The notes under the pieces were generated by a model. It made no database searches and was not told where the DNA came from. It saw only the letters and a program-made list of their open reading frames with translations. The position numbers were made by a program, and so were the translations under genes. A DNA stretch of 55,790 nucleotides, the filler included, from Platydemus manokwari (lineage: Eukaryota), in assembly GCA_037951405.1 (NCBI GenBank). It is 4 parts of 4 records of this genome, joined end to end, with 100 filler letters (N's around TTAATTAATTAA, not from the genome) between each part and the next. Parts side by side here need not be neighbours in the genome. Positions count along the whole stretch, not along the records: positions 29,333 to 45,451 come from JBBMOY011193654.1; positions 45,552 to 55,790 come from JBBMOY011154993.1; 2 more parts are not named here. The stretch is one strand, 5' to 3'. Positions 39,701 through 51,740 of this stretch are shown here, piece after piece (positions within the stretch are counted from its first letter, which is position 1; each line of letters starts with the position of its first letter).

Positions 39701-42700
39701 ACGACTTTCAATAGCGTCCATCGTTTCTGGATTTGTCAGCCGTTTCCAAAATAGATTTATTCTTTCCAGCATGACCAGTTGATTTTCACTACTTGAATTC
39801 GGTGGTCCATTATAAAACACTATCAAATTAGACATACAGAATGGATTAATTGGATTTGGTTATTTAATTTGCAGATCATATTAAAAAATTATACGCTTAA
39901 TTAAGTTGGAAATAAATCGATTATTATCATCAACAACACTATCATTTTCACACAACGGAAGAAGTCGATAAATAGAGGGAAGGAAAATTTGAAAATTATT
40001 GAGATATGATAACAAAAATATTTATGTTTTAATCGACAATAATTAGAAACTAGGAATAAATACACCTCATCGTTAAGCGGCTTGTAGTCACAAAAACATC
40101 GAATTATTGTTGTTTTGATTTAATTGAAGCTCATAAATTGTCATTTTATAAAAATAAAATGTAGAAGAATTACATTTTATCGATTTTTGAAAATTATCTT
40201 TTCAATTATAAGATAAAAATAAAATAATGAAGCAGTAGTAGTAATGTTATTAAATACAAATTTGAACATAAATAATTGATAAAAATATCATAAAAATCGG
40301 TCAATATCAGCATTCAATATTTATAGTATGTGCACACGGTCAGGTGGTAAATGATAGTAAAAATATCTATGAGTTCGAATCAACCAATGAGCGAATTATA
40401 AATCAATGAATTGGACAGCATATCTGACACCGATGAGTAGAAAAAACTATAAAAACAGTCTGGTGATGAGTTGTAGGAATTTTCATTAAATCTATCAATA
40501 AGTGTACATAATCCGTTAATATCATCATGTATAATGAGGGAGTTGTAATTCAAATATTTGGAAAGAAAGTTTCACAAAGTATTTTCTAGTTGACAAAAAA
40601 GTTGGCAGAAAGACTTCATCAAATATTGGTATTAGTTCAATGAAATGACCTATCAATCTCAGCACCAGTGGATATTATTGTCGAGGAGTAATATAAAATA
40701 CTATTAGGTAATATTAGACTTGTCGAAAATTAAAAATATCGATTGATAAAAAAATTCAAATTTATTCATGATTTAAAAAGTTGTGTAGGTTTTAAATTAT
40801 TAATTAATTCGACGATTAATAATGATAATCGACCTTGGATACAGATACTCAATCCAGCATAACGGGTGAAATCAAGGCTGTTTACTACAAAATAATGAAA
40901 AGCTGAACTGAAACAATCAAATATATTGGATTCTTCTGTTACTCATAGTATTTGTGTCACCTATTATCAAATTAGAACTGCCAATCTTTCTAGAGTTGCT
41001 TCGTTCATATTTTCCCATCAATTCATTCAAAAAAACCCAACCTTATTTGTTTAAGTTATTTACAAAACTTCGAAAAATGAAAATAACATTTTTTTTTTCA
41101 AAGATATTAAACGATCTGGTACTGAAACAAGTTGCACCAATAAGATATAGTTGATGGTAAATGAATTTTGGATTTAGCTGATCTATTAATCGAGTTCGAA
41201 TGGAATCATGTTGGTTAAGAATAGATGCTTATTTAAATTGAAACTCTACAACGAAAAGATGAATAATGATAAGGTCTCTAGTGCAATTTATAGTTTAAAT
41301 TACGGACTTTCATTAAAATTGTATCAACGAAAAAACCCTAAATAAGTAGGAGTTAAAACTTAAATTTGAAACGCATATATTGGAGAATAAAAGGATAAAT
41401 ATATTTGATATTTATTATTTAGATATATTTGTAAACGATTTAGTAAGAGGATTAGTAAACGGAAGTCTTTGTAAGATTAAGATTGATGAATGTGAACACA
41501 GTGTTAAGGTATGAAAGCAAATGTTACTACCAATAAGCCGGATAAATTAAGAGGATTATTTTCAATAGAATCAGTATTGCAGAGATAACCCAACTATTCA
41601 ATTGATATCATATTGACATTGATTGGTCTCGAGAAATCTATAGATTATATAAAAATAAAGGTTCTTGAGTTGGAGATAGAGTAGAATATTTTATTGTATC
41701 ATTATAAAATTATATTATTATATCATTTTATAGAGAGAAATAATCAAATGAAATGATTCAAAATCAGGCATTGTTTGTCAATTTTGTTTTATTTAAAAGT
41801 CTTTCCTTTATTTAGATCTCATTGACATTTCACTTCCAAAGAAAGATGATACCGAGCTATCATGACATTCAATATTTTCATCCAATAATTCATAAATATC
41901 AGATAAATGAAAATAAACACACAAACTGACAACAATATCTTCTACTAATCTATTAACTGCCTTTCACAGCTGAATATAATGGAATCACCAAAGAATATTC
42001 CACTTTTATTTCTCTTGTGTATTAAAGATTCTCATTTAAATAAAAACCTCAATATATCAACTCATAAATTAGCTATTGAAGAATAAGTCTATTTGTTTCC
42101 AATTTATGACTTTGATTTTTGTTCATTAAAACAATTCGCTAATCAATACATGAAGAATGCACCTGTTCAATGTTCGGAATAAACTAATAAAATTGTTGAT
42201 CTTAGCAACATCAGTTAATCTGATTAGCAGGATGAGTCATTGGAACGGTAAAGATATAATAACCTTTTTTAAAAAAGGATATCGGGAGAAAAATGAGAAT
42301 TACTTTATCCAAAATCCATATCCTACAGAAATACAATTCAGTGCAACATTACTAAATTTTCCACAATTTGAAAAAGCTTTAGAAGGTAAAATAAATTTAC
42401 ACTGAAAATCTGAATCATAAATACTATCTTGAGATATCGATGAGGAAAGCGCACAAAAGAAAATTAAAATTTAGTGGCTAGTAAGATGATGTGATAAGTG
42501 GATAAAAAGGGGATACAGAGTAAGAGTATTGGTACAGAAGGATTCCTGAAAATGACGGCAGAATGATTTTCAATATGAAAGTTCATATAAAATTGAGAGA
42601 TTCAGATATAGACATCAAGTTGAAATCGAATTCCCAGACTTAATAAAACTAAGATATTTCGAATGGTTAAAGGAATGTAGAGAACTTTAACTTGGAGTGA

Positions 42701-45424
42701 GTTATGAACAAAATTTGTTTTTAATATACAATATTTCTGACTTAACCTTTAAAAATGAAAAATATCAGAAAAATTTTCATTTCACAGAAATCAACCCTAT
42801 CAACCTAGGTGAGTTTACCCCTTTTATAAATCGTCATTAATTTCCGTGAAATGGTTAATAAATGTAAAAATATCTGGTTGCGAAAGTTATAAAATGAATT
42901 AAGGACATTCTTCCGACTTATAAACTCTGATTTCAAGGGATAAAAATAATAAGGGAAAATTCTGAATGACTGGCTACTGTTGAAAACAGGGGAGAAATAG
43001 CCCATCTATAACATATAATTCAATGAATAAACAAAATTAAACCTGTTTCAAATAATGCTGGAGAAGGGTTGACAACATTCGAGTTGGCCAGTGACAAATA
43101 ACAGGAAGTCAAAAACAAACCAAGCACCGGCAAACTGTGAGAAATGGATTTGCAAGTTTTCAGAAAATCCCCACAAAGCCGAATTATTTGCTGCTTAACA
43201 AATGGAAAACCAATAACATATAAGCCAAGAAGATTTCATAAATTTTACCTCTGTACTGATAATGGAGACTCTTTGAGTTAGGGAAATCCGTTCTAAACAT
43301 CGGCACATTGTAAGAAGTAGTTGAGGACTGAGATCTCGTTTCTGGTATTAACGAAGAGGAAATAGATTATAAACATATATTTATAAGCCGTACTTTATCT
43401 AATTTCATGATATTCTTGGATAGATTTACAAAATTATTAAGTATATCGTAATCTGGTAATGCATCTGGATATCTCTCGCAATAGAAACAAGCCGTAGCCA
43501 TTACTAAATAGTTATGCCGTTCTGTTCTGAGGGAAACGAAACTGTTTGATTTAAAAAGTCTTGGAAGACTGTTATTAGTAAAATAACTAAGTGAATTTGA
43601 TGAATTAGTGCTTATTAAGCCGAGTTGAGTATTGACATTATTGATGGGTGCAAATGCTGATACGGTATTTGCAATTGATGCGGCTACAGTTGTATTAGTA
43701 GTTATTTCAATATTTTCAACACAATCAACTTTACCTCCACTTGACATAACTTGAGATAATGGATTGATGTTAATAAGTGGATTGTTGATGCTAGACGATT
43801 CGGAGAAGCTTAATCGTCTTTCATTATTGAAAGGATTGAAATCAATCATAAGTAGTTGATTGTCAAGATAGTGCATTACCTAAAAACAAAATGGAATAAA
43901 AATACTTGAGAAAAAATGAGTCCTAAAGATATAATACTGAATTTTTCACTGATGTTCATTATTGGAACACAAGTTTTATGATGAAAATGTTTCGATCAAA
44001 GTTTAGAACGATGCCATTTAATTTCGAAGAAAAGCAGGAATCGATTGATTTTACGATGAAGCTGTACGACATTGTTTTTAATACTAAAATTATCTCCAAA
44101 ACATATTCACAAAGCGTTTCCATAGCAATGCATCTCATTCATTCCCACGTGAAATATATATTAATATGCATTAGAATATTATATGGTGAACATGAGAGAA
44201 TGATATTAGAATATTTAATACTTTTCTGAGAAGTATTATGCGAGGATTCCGGCTTAAGAAGATTGGCTTAAAATGATTATACTAAAGACGGATTTTTGAA
44301 AATTTGGGATCTGCTCAAATATAGTATTTCCTGACACATCCGAGTTATAAAATAGGAACTGGTTTAAAAAATATCAGATAAATATTGATGTCTGGTTTAA
44401 GCTCAAAAGGTCTATAAAGCAGTTTGATATTTGCTTCCATTCAATGTTATACAGTACGATGAATTTTATGAAAATTTATAATATTCTTACCATCCCATCC
44501 TTCCATTTTTAATATAGTTGATAGAGACAATATAGTCAATGTGGATTAGATAAGTATTAGCAGTTGTGGCAGAAAATATCATAACTTAAAAGTATTGAAA
44601 ATCAATATTAAAGCCCTTAACAACACAACAGTTATGAGACTGCGCTAATTAGACCATTAGAAATTCCAATGGCTAGTTTGTAGTCTACAGAACGGTATTG
44701 GAGTTCTTTCTACTCACTATTAGAACCTCAGTAAATGAGCATTTTGACCCTTAAATAATTTTTTGGAAATATCAATTTTAAATTTTATTAACAGTAGAGA
44801 GAAATAATGAAATTTAATTTGTAAAATAACAGTCGATATTTATCTTTTATGGAGCATTTACTTACACTGGCTGTCATCAACAATCAATTGAAAAACATAA
44901 TGACATCAATATAAAATCTAAAAAATCAAAGGCAGCTGCTTTTGATTTATAGATTTTAATAATATATTATCAAAATATTTATTAAATAAAAGGTAATTAT
45001 TGATCATAATTTCTTAAATACGTTCTGTAATGATTATAACAATCAAATATATCTGTATTGAGACAATTATTTAGCTCATAACTAACCATGTCATGTACAT
45101 TCTTCAATTCTACCAGACTACCTGGAGGTAAATCCCATGTATTTTTACCATAAACCATCATTTGCAGAAGACACATTGAGCTGTGCAGAGCGCTTTGTTG
45201 AAGAATTGTTAGATCACTAGATATACAGGTTTCAATGAGTTTTATCGATTGTGATAACCCATATATTGAATTGGTGTTGATAGCGTTTGGTGGTTTACCA
45301 GAAGCGCTGATGAGAGGCAGTGTGAGATTAGAACTAGTTTCCAGTACTGCTACACATTTCGATATACCAATACACATCCATGATGTTGTAATCCAATCAT
45401 CTTCAATTGATATGGATTTGTATA
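36764..45424 (-). CDS. HTT: Huntingtin, C-terminal (C-HEAT) portion; exons 45424-45087, 43879-43394, 43341-43249, 43190(or 43193)-43043, 39819-39572, 39127-38958, 36995-36764; 5' part cut off by the spacer
   Basis: Colinear matches to the recalled human HTT C-terminus: EDDWITTSWMCIGISKCVAVL~[31 protein letters not shown]~GALHGVLYVLE; LVMATACFYCERYP~LVMCATAFYLIENYP; CRCLERISL~LRGLERLLL; VLGLFLTSCY~ALGLMLTCMY; SENQLVMLERI~SESVIVAMERV; DFMSGEELLNKTI~DFFPPQDIMNKVI; IRKWTLLVL~VRDWVMLSL; SLCLAAIAF~LFCLVATDF. All introns are GT-AG and phase-consistent. Confidence 0.92.
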
Positions 45425-45451
45425 CTAGAATTATATTTATATTAATATCCA

Positions 45452-45551
45452 NNNNNNNNNNNNNNNNNNNNNNNNNNNNNNNNNNNNNNNNNNNNTTAAT
45501 TAATTAANNNNNNNNNNNNNNNNNNNNNNNNNNNNNNNNNNNNNNNNNNNN
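45452..45551. other. Artificial assembly spacer N44-TTAATTAATTAA-N44
   Basis: Same 100-nt structure. It separates truncated HTT from truncated KDM6A. Confidence 0.98.
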
Positions 45552-45609
45552 AGATGGTTTATAATAAATATCCTAATGTTATCTCGGTTACACATATAGA
45601 TATATCATA

Positions 45610-46076
45610 TTTGCGCACCTATAACCCATACCCTTGACAGAATCACAACCATATATTGGTGCCTATTTTTCTAAAATCCACATATAGGTCGCACTCTATC
45701 TATAAACCGTACGATTCAAACTTTGTACTAAATAATCGCTTGTAATTGCTGTAAGATTAAGGCACCAAAGTGAAAATGATTTTCTATTACGTCCGACTTC
45801 ATATACAGGTGAATATTATCAAATACTGGAGAAATGGTTACCAAACGACTTCCCCATATAAAATAGACAAAAATGTGCGACGATAGCGACCAGGAAAGAA
45901 TGTAGACAGCGGTTTTAATGCGAAAACGTGCATGAAGAGGCAGTCGTGATTTTTAACAAGAAATTGAGTTCATATTAATAATAAACAGACTTAATACACC
46001 AGAAAAGTTCCAACTGTTGATATTCACATTTAAATACGTGAAATTGCATGGGGAAATAGGGGGTGCTATTACTGTA
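45610..46076. mobile_element. Possible decayed Tc1/mariner-pogo-type element end inside the KDM6A intron
   Basis: GC-richer patch with repeated cgcac motifs. It ends gggggtgctattactg|TA, which reads TA|CAGTAATAGCACCCCC on the minus strand, like a TA-targeting TIR start. The partner TIR was not seen because the contig ends. Confidence 0.25.
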
Positions 46077-46512
46077 AAGAATCAATACAATTCCCAATTG
46101 TAAATAACGCTTTAAATAAGCATATAAACCCAAAAATAGGAACCATTTCGTAATAAATCATCAAATATCTAACCATTATCTCAACAAATTCGGCTTAAAT
46201 CTACCATATTTTGTTGAGGATTTATCAAATATCACACATTCTGTGCTATAAATACATGTTAAATTATATATAATCTTGTTATTTAAAACATTTATAAGCA
46301 TATTTTCAACGTGATAGTTTGATACGACAAAATCATCATTAATATCATTGAGAAACCCCTTTCACATACAGAAACCCTGTTAAGAACAACTTGACTCAAA
46401 TTAACCATATATTATTAAATCAAGTACAATTTGAAGCTTGAAGTAACCAAATATTTTATTTAAAATTTAATTTAAATTTAAAATTTACAAATGTTAAAAA
46501 TTCAAAACCTAC

Positions 46513-47293
46513 TTTCAGTTTCCGTAAACGAACCTTTACTGGAATCGTTGAGAGCTTGTCGAAAATGTTTCAAACTACAATCGAAATTGATGTTGATTTT
46601 ATAAATATATCCCAAACGTATATGGATTTCTTTCGATCGACAACAATTCGGTTGAAGATATAGAATCTTTTGAAATAACTCAATCGATCTGTAATTGAGA
46701 TGAAAGCAGATACAAATAATTCTCCAACCAATCTTTACTTATCGAAAGCGTTGAAATGAAAATAACAAATTGCTAATCCGTAAATAAATTGAATATTTTT
46801 CCAACTATCTTTATTGAGTGATTCGAATTCGAGATACGCCGACAGAGCGTCTTCGTACAAATATAGTAACAATTGATAATGGCCAAGAAATAAATAAATA
46901 TATGGATCGATGCTTTTTTCTAACAATTTAATAACTTTATCATATAACTCAAGTTGCTTTTCGGGATTTAATAAACCACTTTTCTTAAATTCGGCTTCTT
47001 CTTGATCTTTCTTTTGTTTGAAACTTTCAACTAGTTTAGAAAGAGTACTATCTAAGCAATTAATAGCCTAGTGACAAATATATTACATATCGGATAATTA
47101 ATGCAATAGTGAACCTTTTCTAAAATTTGCTTTTTAGGTTGACCTTTTGCCGAATTAAAATTGATGAAACCAAAATCAAAGCTAAAGCTTCTAATAAATA
47201 CATTTAATTGTAATAAAATAACCTTGTTAGTTCACGCAAAATTTTTGTCTCTGCACTAGAGAACTTAAAAGAATTTGGTAAATCAGAGCTCAT
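46513..47293 (-). CDS. KDM6A: Lysine demethylase 6A / UTX, N-terminal TPR region; exons 47293-47223, 47181-47115, 47067-46739, 46688-46513; remainder (including JmjC) absent
   Basis: Spliced translation ELTSFDFGFINF..KAINC..FLGHYQLLLYLYEDALSAY..SWKNIQFIYGLAICYFHFNAF..FQKILYLQPNCCRSKEIHIRLGYIYKIN..SLKHFRQALND matches the recalled UTX TPR region ([59 protein letters not shown]). Introns of 41, 47 and 50 nt are GT-AG and phase-consistent. Confidence 0.93.
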
Positions 47294-48254
47294 TTAATAA
47301 ATAATAAACACATATGAACATTATTAGTATTAAAAATCTGTATTTACAATTTAATTTAAACAACTACTGATAAAAAACTAATAATTACACTTTCAAATTG
47401 TAAATGAATAATTATTTTATTCCAATTCAAAATTAAATAATAAATTGATTTTAATAAAAATTTTGTTTTTGATTAATTTTTAATCAAAAAAGTAATTAAT
47501 TAAGTCAATGCATTTTATGTGCTTATTACATAGCGAAGCACCATAATTTATTCATCTTAAGATTTTATATCAATATTTTCAAAAACTTTACCATATGAAT
47601 ATTGTAAAAATATTTGTATAAAATATTAGATATTAAAACCAACTACATCCTGGTTTTATCATCTATAAAATAAATAACTTATCTTACACAATTGCACAAA
47701 TTCAAATAGCCTCAAATAAAATTTTATGGTTTACTATTGTTTTTAACGTTTTTAGAAAAAATTTTGAGAAGACCAGGAACGATTATTTTTGGAAATCTAA
47801 GCAAAGTAAGTTGCAGAAATCAGTTCTTGTTGATTTAATCGATTTTTTCATAAATACACATATAAGTATAAACGGATTAATGTAAAAATTATTCTTTAGT
47901 TAATTTTTAAAAACACACGAAAAATAATTCTTAAAAATCTTTATTTTAAATGTCGTCATCAAAGATAAATTTATAAGTAGTTGACCACTCAACAGTACTA
48001 AAAAGAAACAGAATCGTTAAGCGACAGAAAACAGTGGATAAACAAATTTATCATATTCGTTGGTTAATATTACTATCGCTAATATGACTCAGACTCCAAT
48101 ATTAAGTTTTATATAATGAATTTGTAGCAAAAACTCTCTATACAACAAGTTCCTATTAAAAACATAATTTCCAGCTCTCATAATAATTTGAAAATAATGT
48201 TAAGATCCGAATCCATTCCATAATGAGTCACACAAGCAGAACAAACATAATCAT

Positions 48255-48400
48255 ATAATTAAAATTCCAAAAATAAATCAAATCCTATAAATAGAATTTA
48301 ATAATTACAAAAACAGATTAGAAACTAAAAATAGAATTTATTAATTCCTAAAATAGATCAGAAAACAAAAATAGGATTTTAAAATTCCAGAATTAGAAAA
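48255..48400. repeat. Degenerate 40-bp tandem repeat, ~3.5 units
   Basis: atagaattta at 48291 and 48331 and ataggatttt at 48371 give period 40, with conserved aatt(c/a)c and aga blocks. Confidence 0.75.
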
Positions 48401-51052
48401 ATCGTGATTGGTCACAGTTATAACGAAAATTAGTATAAAAGCAGTCGGTGAAACAAAACAAATCGCCAAAAAGTTAACTTACATTTACCAGATTAAAGCA
48501 GTCATCTAACAGGAAACTATGAGCAACGAGAAAAGTTAATTAGTGATGAAACAAGGATAAGAATCTCCGGGTCAAGCCAACCGATTTAAGCAGCGAGGTA
48601 CAAAGCGACTTATTGATTGATTTTCATACCTTGTCGATATATTCGGTATCAACTAAATATCTCTTCGTTTTTCTCCCATCTTTTTAATAAATGTTGTTTC
48701 ATTGTATAGTGCACCCGTATCGTGAATCTTGCCCTCTGGCTAAGCAAGCCACGCTTCGCCAGTCTTATGCTTACACAATCTTAATAATTCAATTGTTATT
48801 TAATTTGTATTGATTCATAATTATATTTTAGCATCACTGCGTTATTGTTATTTATTGTATTTTTACTATCTATATTTAACTTCATCTACTTCTAACGAAC
48901 GCAGCCAATCATTTTGAGTCTGGTTGGCACCACAAACGAGCACATTAATAACTGTTAAAGCAATAACCAACACAAAACCAATAATAATTTGAATATTCAA
49001 GGCAGATGCCACATTCTCGAATAAATATAAAAAAGCCATTCTTGTTATTACACTGAAGGCACTTTATCATTATATCCTAAGCTCGGCTTAATATATGTAT
49101 ATGCTGATAAAAATAAATCTATTATTAATAGTGATTTTACAGTAATTATTTCATATCGATGGTAGAACAACTAAAATCATGCAAATATTTACAAATCATA
49201 TAATATAACAAAGATGTAAGTCACAAAAAAGCACTAATGAAAATTATTGTGAACAGTAATTGCCAAAAATAGATTTTGAATTAGCTTGGATTATGAGAGT
49301 ATTTTGAACAAGTTGGGTTTTGACAAATTGACTGAATCAAAATATAGTTTTCACGGCATCGTATATCAATTTTTATGATAATTGTATTTTTATACATGAC
49401 AATACTTTTTGCACGTGTATTAATTTTTATTTAATCAATCTTTATTTTTTACAACTTGACAATTTTTGGAATTATTTAGCAAAATTATTTCGAAATGATA
49501 TTTATAAAATAATATATTAAATATCTATAATTATTATTATTTATAAATATTTAAAATAATAATAATACCTGAAAAATCCCATTAAAGAAAAACCGACTCA
49601 AATGAATTTAATCATAAAACATCAACCGGTAATATATTAAGGCGCAATAACTCTGACAAACAAATTAGCACATATTATCGCGCACAATAAATACAGTAAA
49701 TAAAATATTCAATCAATTAAATTTAATTTCTCTCTTCCATAAATAAATTACTATGAAAATAAAATAAATGCAGTGCATTAAATTTAATCGTAGAAAATAT
49801 CTGAGTGACTCATCACTCATATAAGGCAGCAGCCACAATTACCTCTACCGCTTTAACACATTATTGAGACACAGTAAAGGCATTACGACAGTTTGTTATA
49901 TAAAGGGATAGGACACATTTTGCAAATCAAGAACAGCACAAGAAGATCATTCAGTTTCATAGATCAGGATTTCCATATATTCCCAGTATTATATTGGAAG
50001 ACTAAACAATGAGATACATTTGTATAAAATATTAATCTATATTATATCGTCTATCTTTTATTATTGAGTTTTACTCAATTATCTTTAAAATCAACAAGAA
50101 GGAGTTTATGAATCAGAATTCTTAATCTAAGAGCTGTTAAGGTTCTTTTTAAGGTTTAATGTATAGTGTTGCATTAAAATTAATTCGTAATTTTTATTTT
50201 ATTTATTTGTCAATCTGTATCGTTGTTATTTAACTATAAACATTTGTAGTTACTTAGTTAATGATTAAATAACTAGCATAGATCTTAGTTCGTTTTCATT
50301 GGTGTTAGTAATTTAAATAAGCTACATAAACTGAGATTGATAATTAAAATATATCATTATTACCAAACTTATTGTCTTCATATAATGAAGTTGTGAGAGG
50401 TGAAGGTAATAATAATCTTAACCTGTGACTTTAATCAAGAGTGATTAAGACAATATTTATATCAAATAGAAATAAGATTGATAGAACAATAAAATTAATA
50501 AGACTCGAATGCAACAAACTCGCGTCCAACTTGCTACACATATCTTTTCGACTATTGTTTGACATTTTCTCTAGATCCTTCATTCTTCTTTCTAATTATT
50601 TTTATCTTTCTACCATCATTTCTTTCCATCCATCTCTTTGGACAATTTCCTGTTCTATTTTTAAGTTCTTTCTCACATTTCTTTAATGTATTCTCGTATT
50701 TCTTCCTTGCCATTTCTATTATGAAATTTTCATTCTACTTTTATAATCCTGTGCCTTAAGTCACTTTGCGCACTACTTTTTGTTGAGAACAAATTAAAAT
50801 TTTTGACTCTAGATCATAGAAACGTTTTATATTGATGTTTGATTTGACTGGTATTTTATTAAAAGCTAATAACTATCATACTCAATACTATCATACTTAC
50901 TTATATTCTTATTCACTGAGTTTTCTGCTTATCAAATGAATTTTTAATGTATGCCAATTTAAAATTTTTATGTTCAAAACGAAGCATTCTTCAATTACGT
51001 TAGCTTGGTCAGCAATTATTAAGTTTTTGATGGTAGTCACTTTGTTGGGATA

Positions 51053-51286
51053 CACCCCAGCCCAAAAAACATTTTTAACATTCTTTTACACATATCCCAA
51101 AATATTTTACACATACCTGTTCAAAACATTTTTACCCAAAACATTTTTACACATCAGTCCAAAATATTTTAACATTAAGCTGTATATAATCTCAGTAACC
51201 CCATCCCACGACCATAAATTCTGAGTGCACCTTGATTATGGATTGACAGTCAGAAGAGCCGTGCCCGAGGACGTCAGACATCTAGT
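51053..51286 (+). mobile_element. Possible 3' end of a non-autonomous Helitron-like element with an internal minisatellite
   Basis: About five degenerate caaaa(c/t)atttt(t)a units at 51061-51175, then an imperfect GC hairpin ccgtgcccgaggacgt (51259-51274) 7 nt before CTAG|T (51282-51286). Confidence 0.4.
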
Positions 51287-51607
51287 ACAGAAAGCAGTCC
51301 AAGCGTTGAGGCGATACCTATCATTTTGACAATTGGTTTTTCGATTGTGTCATAAACAATATAAACAATCGTTTGTCGCTTTGTGTATTCATGTTGCGTG
51401 CTAACAATAATCCTTTTGTGTTATGCATTATCTTTTATTAATGTTAGGAGTATTTTTGCCAAAAATAAATATTTAATATTTATGTGTTAGTAATGAATGA
51501 TCTGTGCATAAATAGTTATGTATAAGGACGGAGCAAATTGCGGAATGGAGGATGTGTACCGACGAAATAACGAGACAAAATATATTAAGAATTATTAAAA
51601 ATTAAAT

Positions 51608-51740
51608 AATAAAAGCAAATAAATAAATAGAGCAATTAAATCAAAAAGAGTAAGCAATAAACTAAAATTAGGCAATAAAAGTAAATAAATAAATAAAACA
51701 ATTAAATTACGAAGAATAAACAAATAATCTAAAATAAATA
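51608..51740. repeat. 66-bp imperfect tandem duplication in an A-rich tract
   Basis: aataaaagcaaataaataaatagagcaattaaat.. at 51608 and aataaaagtaaataaataaataaaacaattaaat.. at 51674. Confidence 0.75.

Noticed and set aside
44997-45086. ORF-track continuation VSYELNNC...YDQ of the HTT exon
   Set aside because: The donor ATG|gttagt at 45086 gives the phase and homology match to the next exon. The alternative donor at 45021 is out of phase.
50548-50713. Lys/Glu-rich minus-strand frame (MARKKYENTLKKCEKELKNRTGNCPKRW) as a LINE ORF2 linker relic
   Set aside because: The resemblance is only compositional, with no RT or endonuclease motif nearby.
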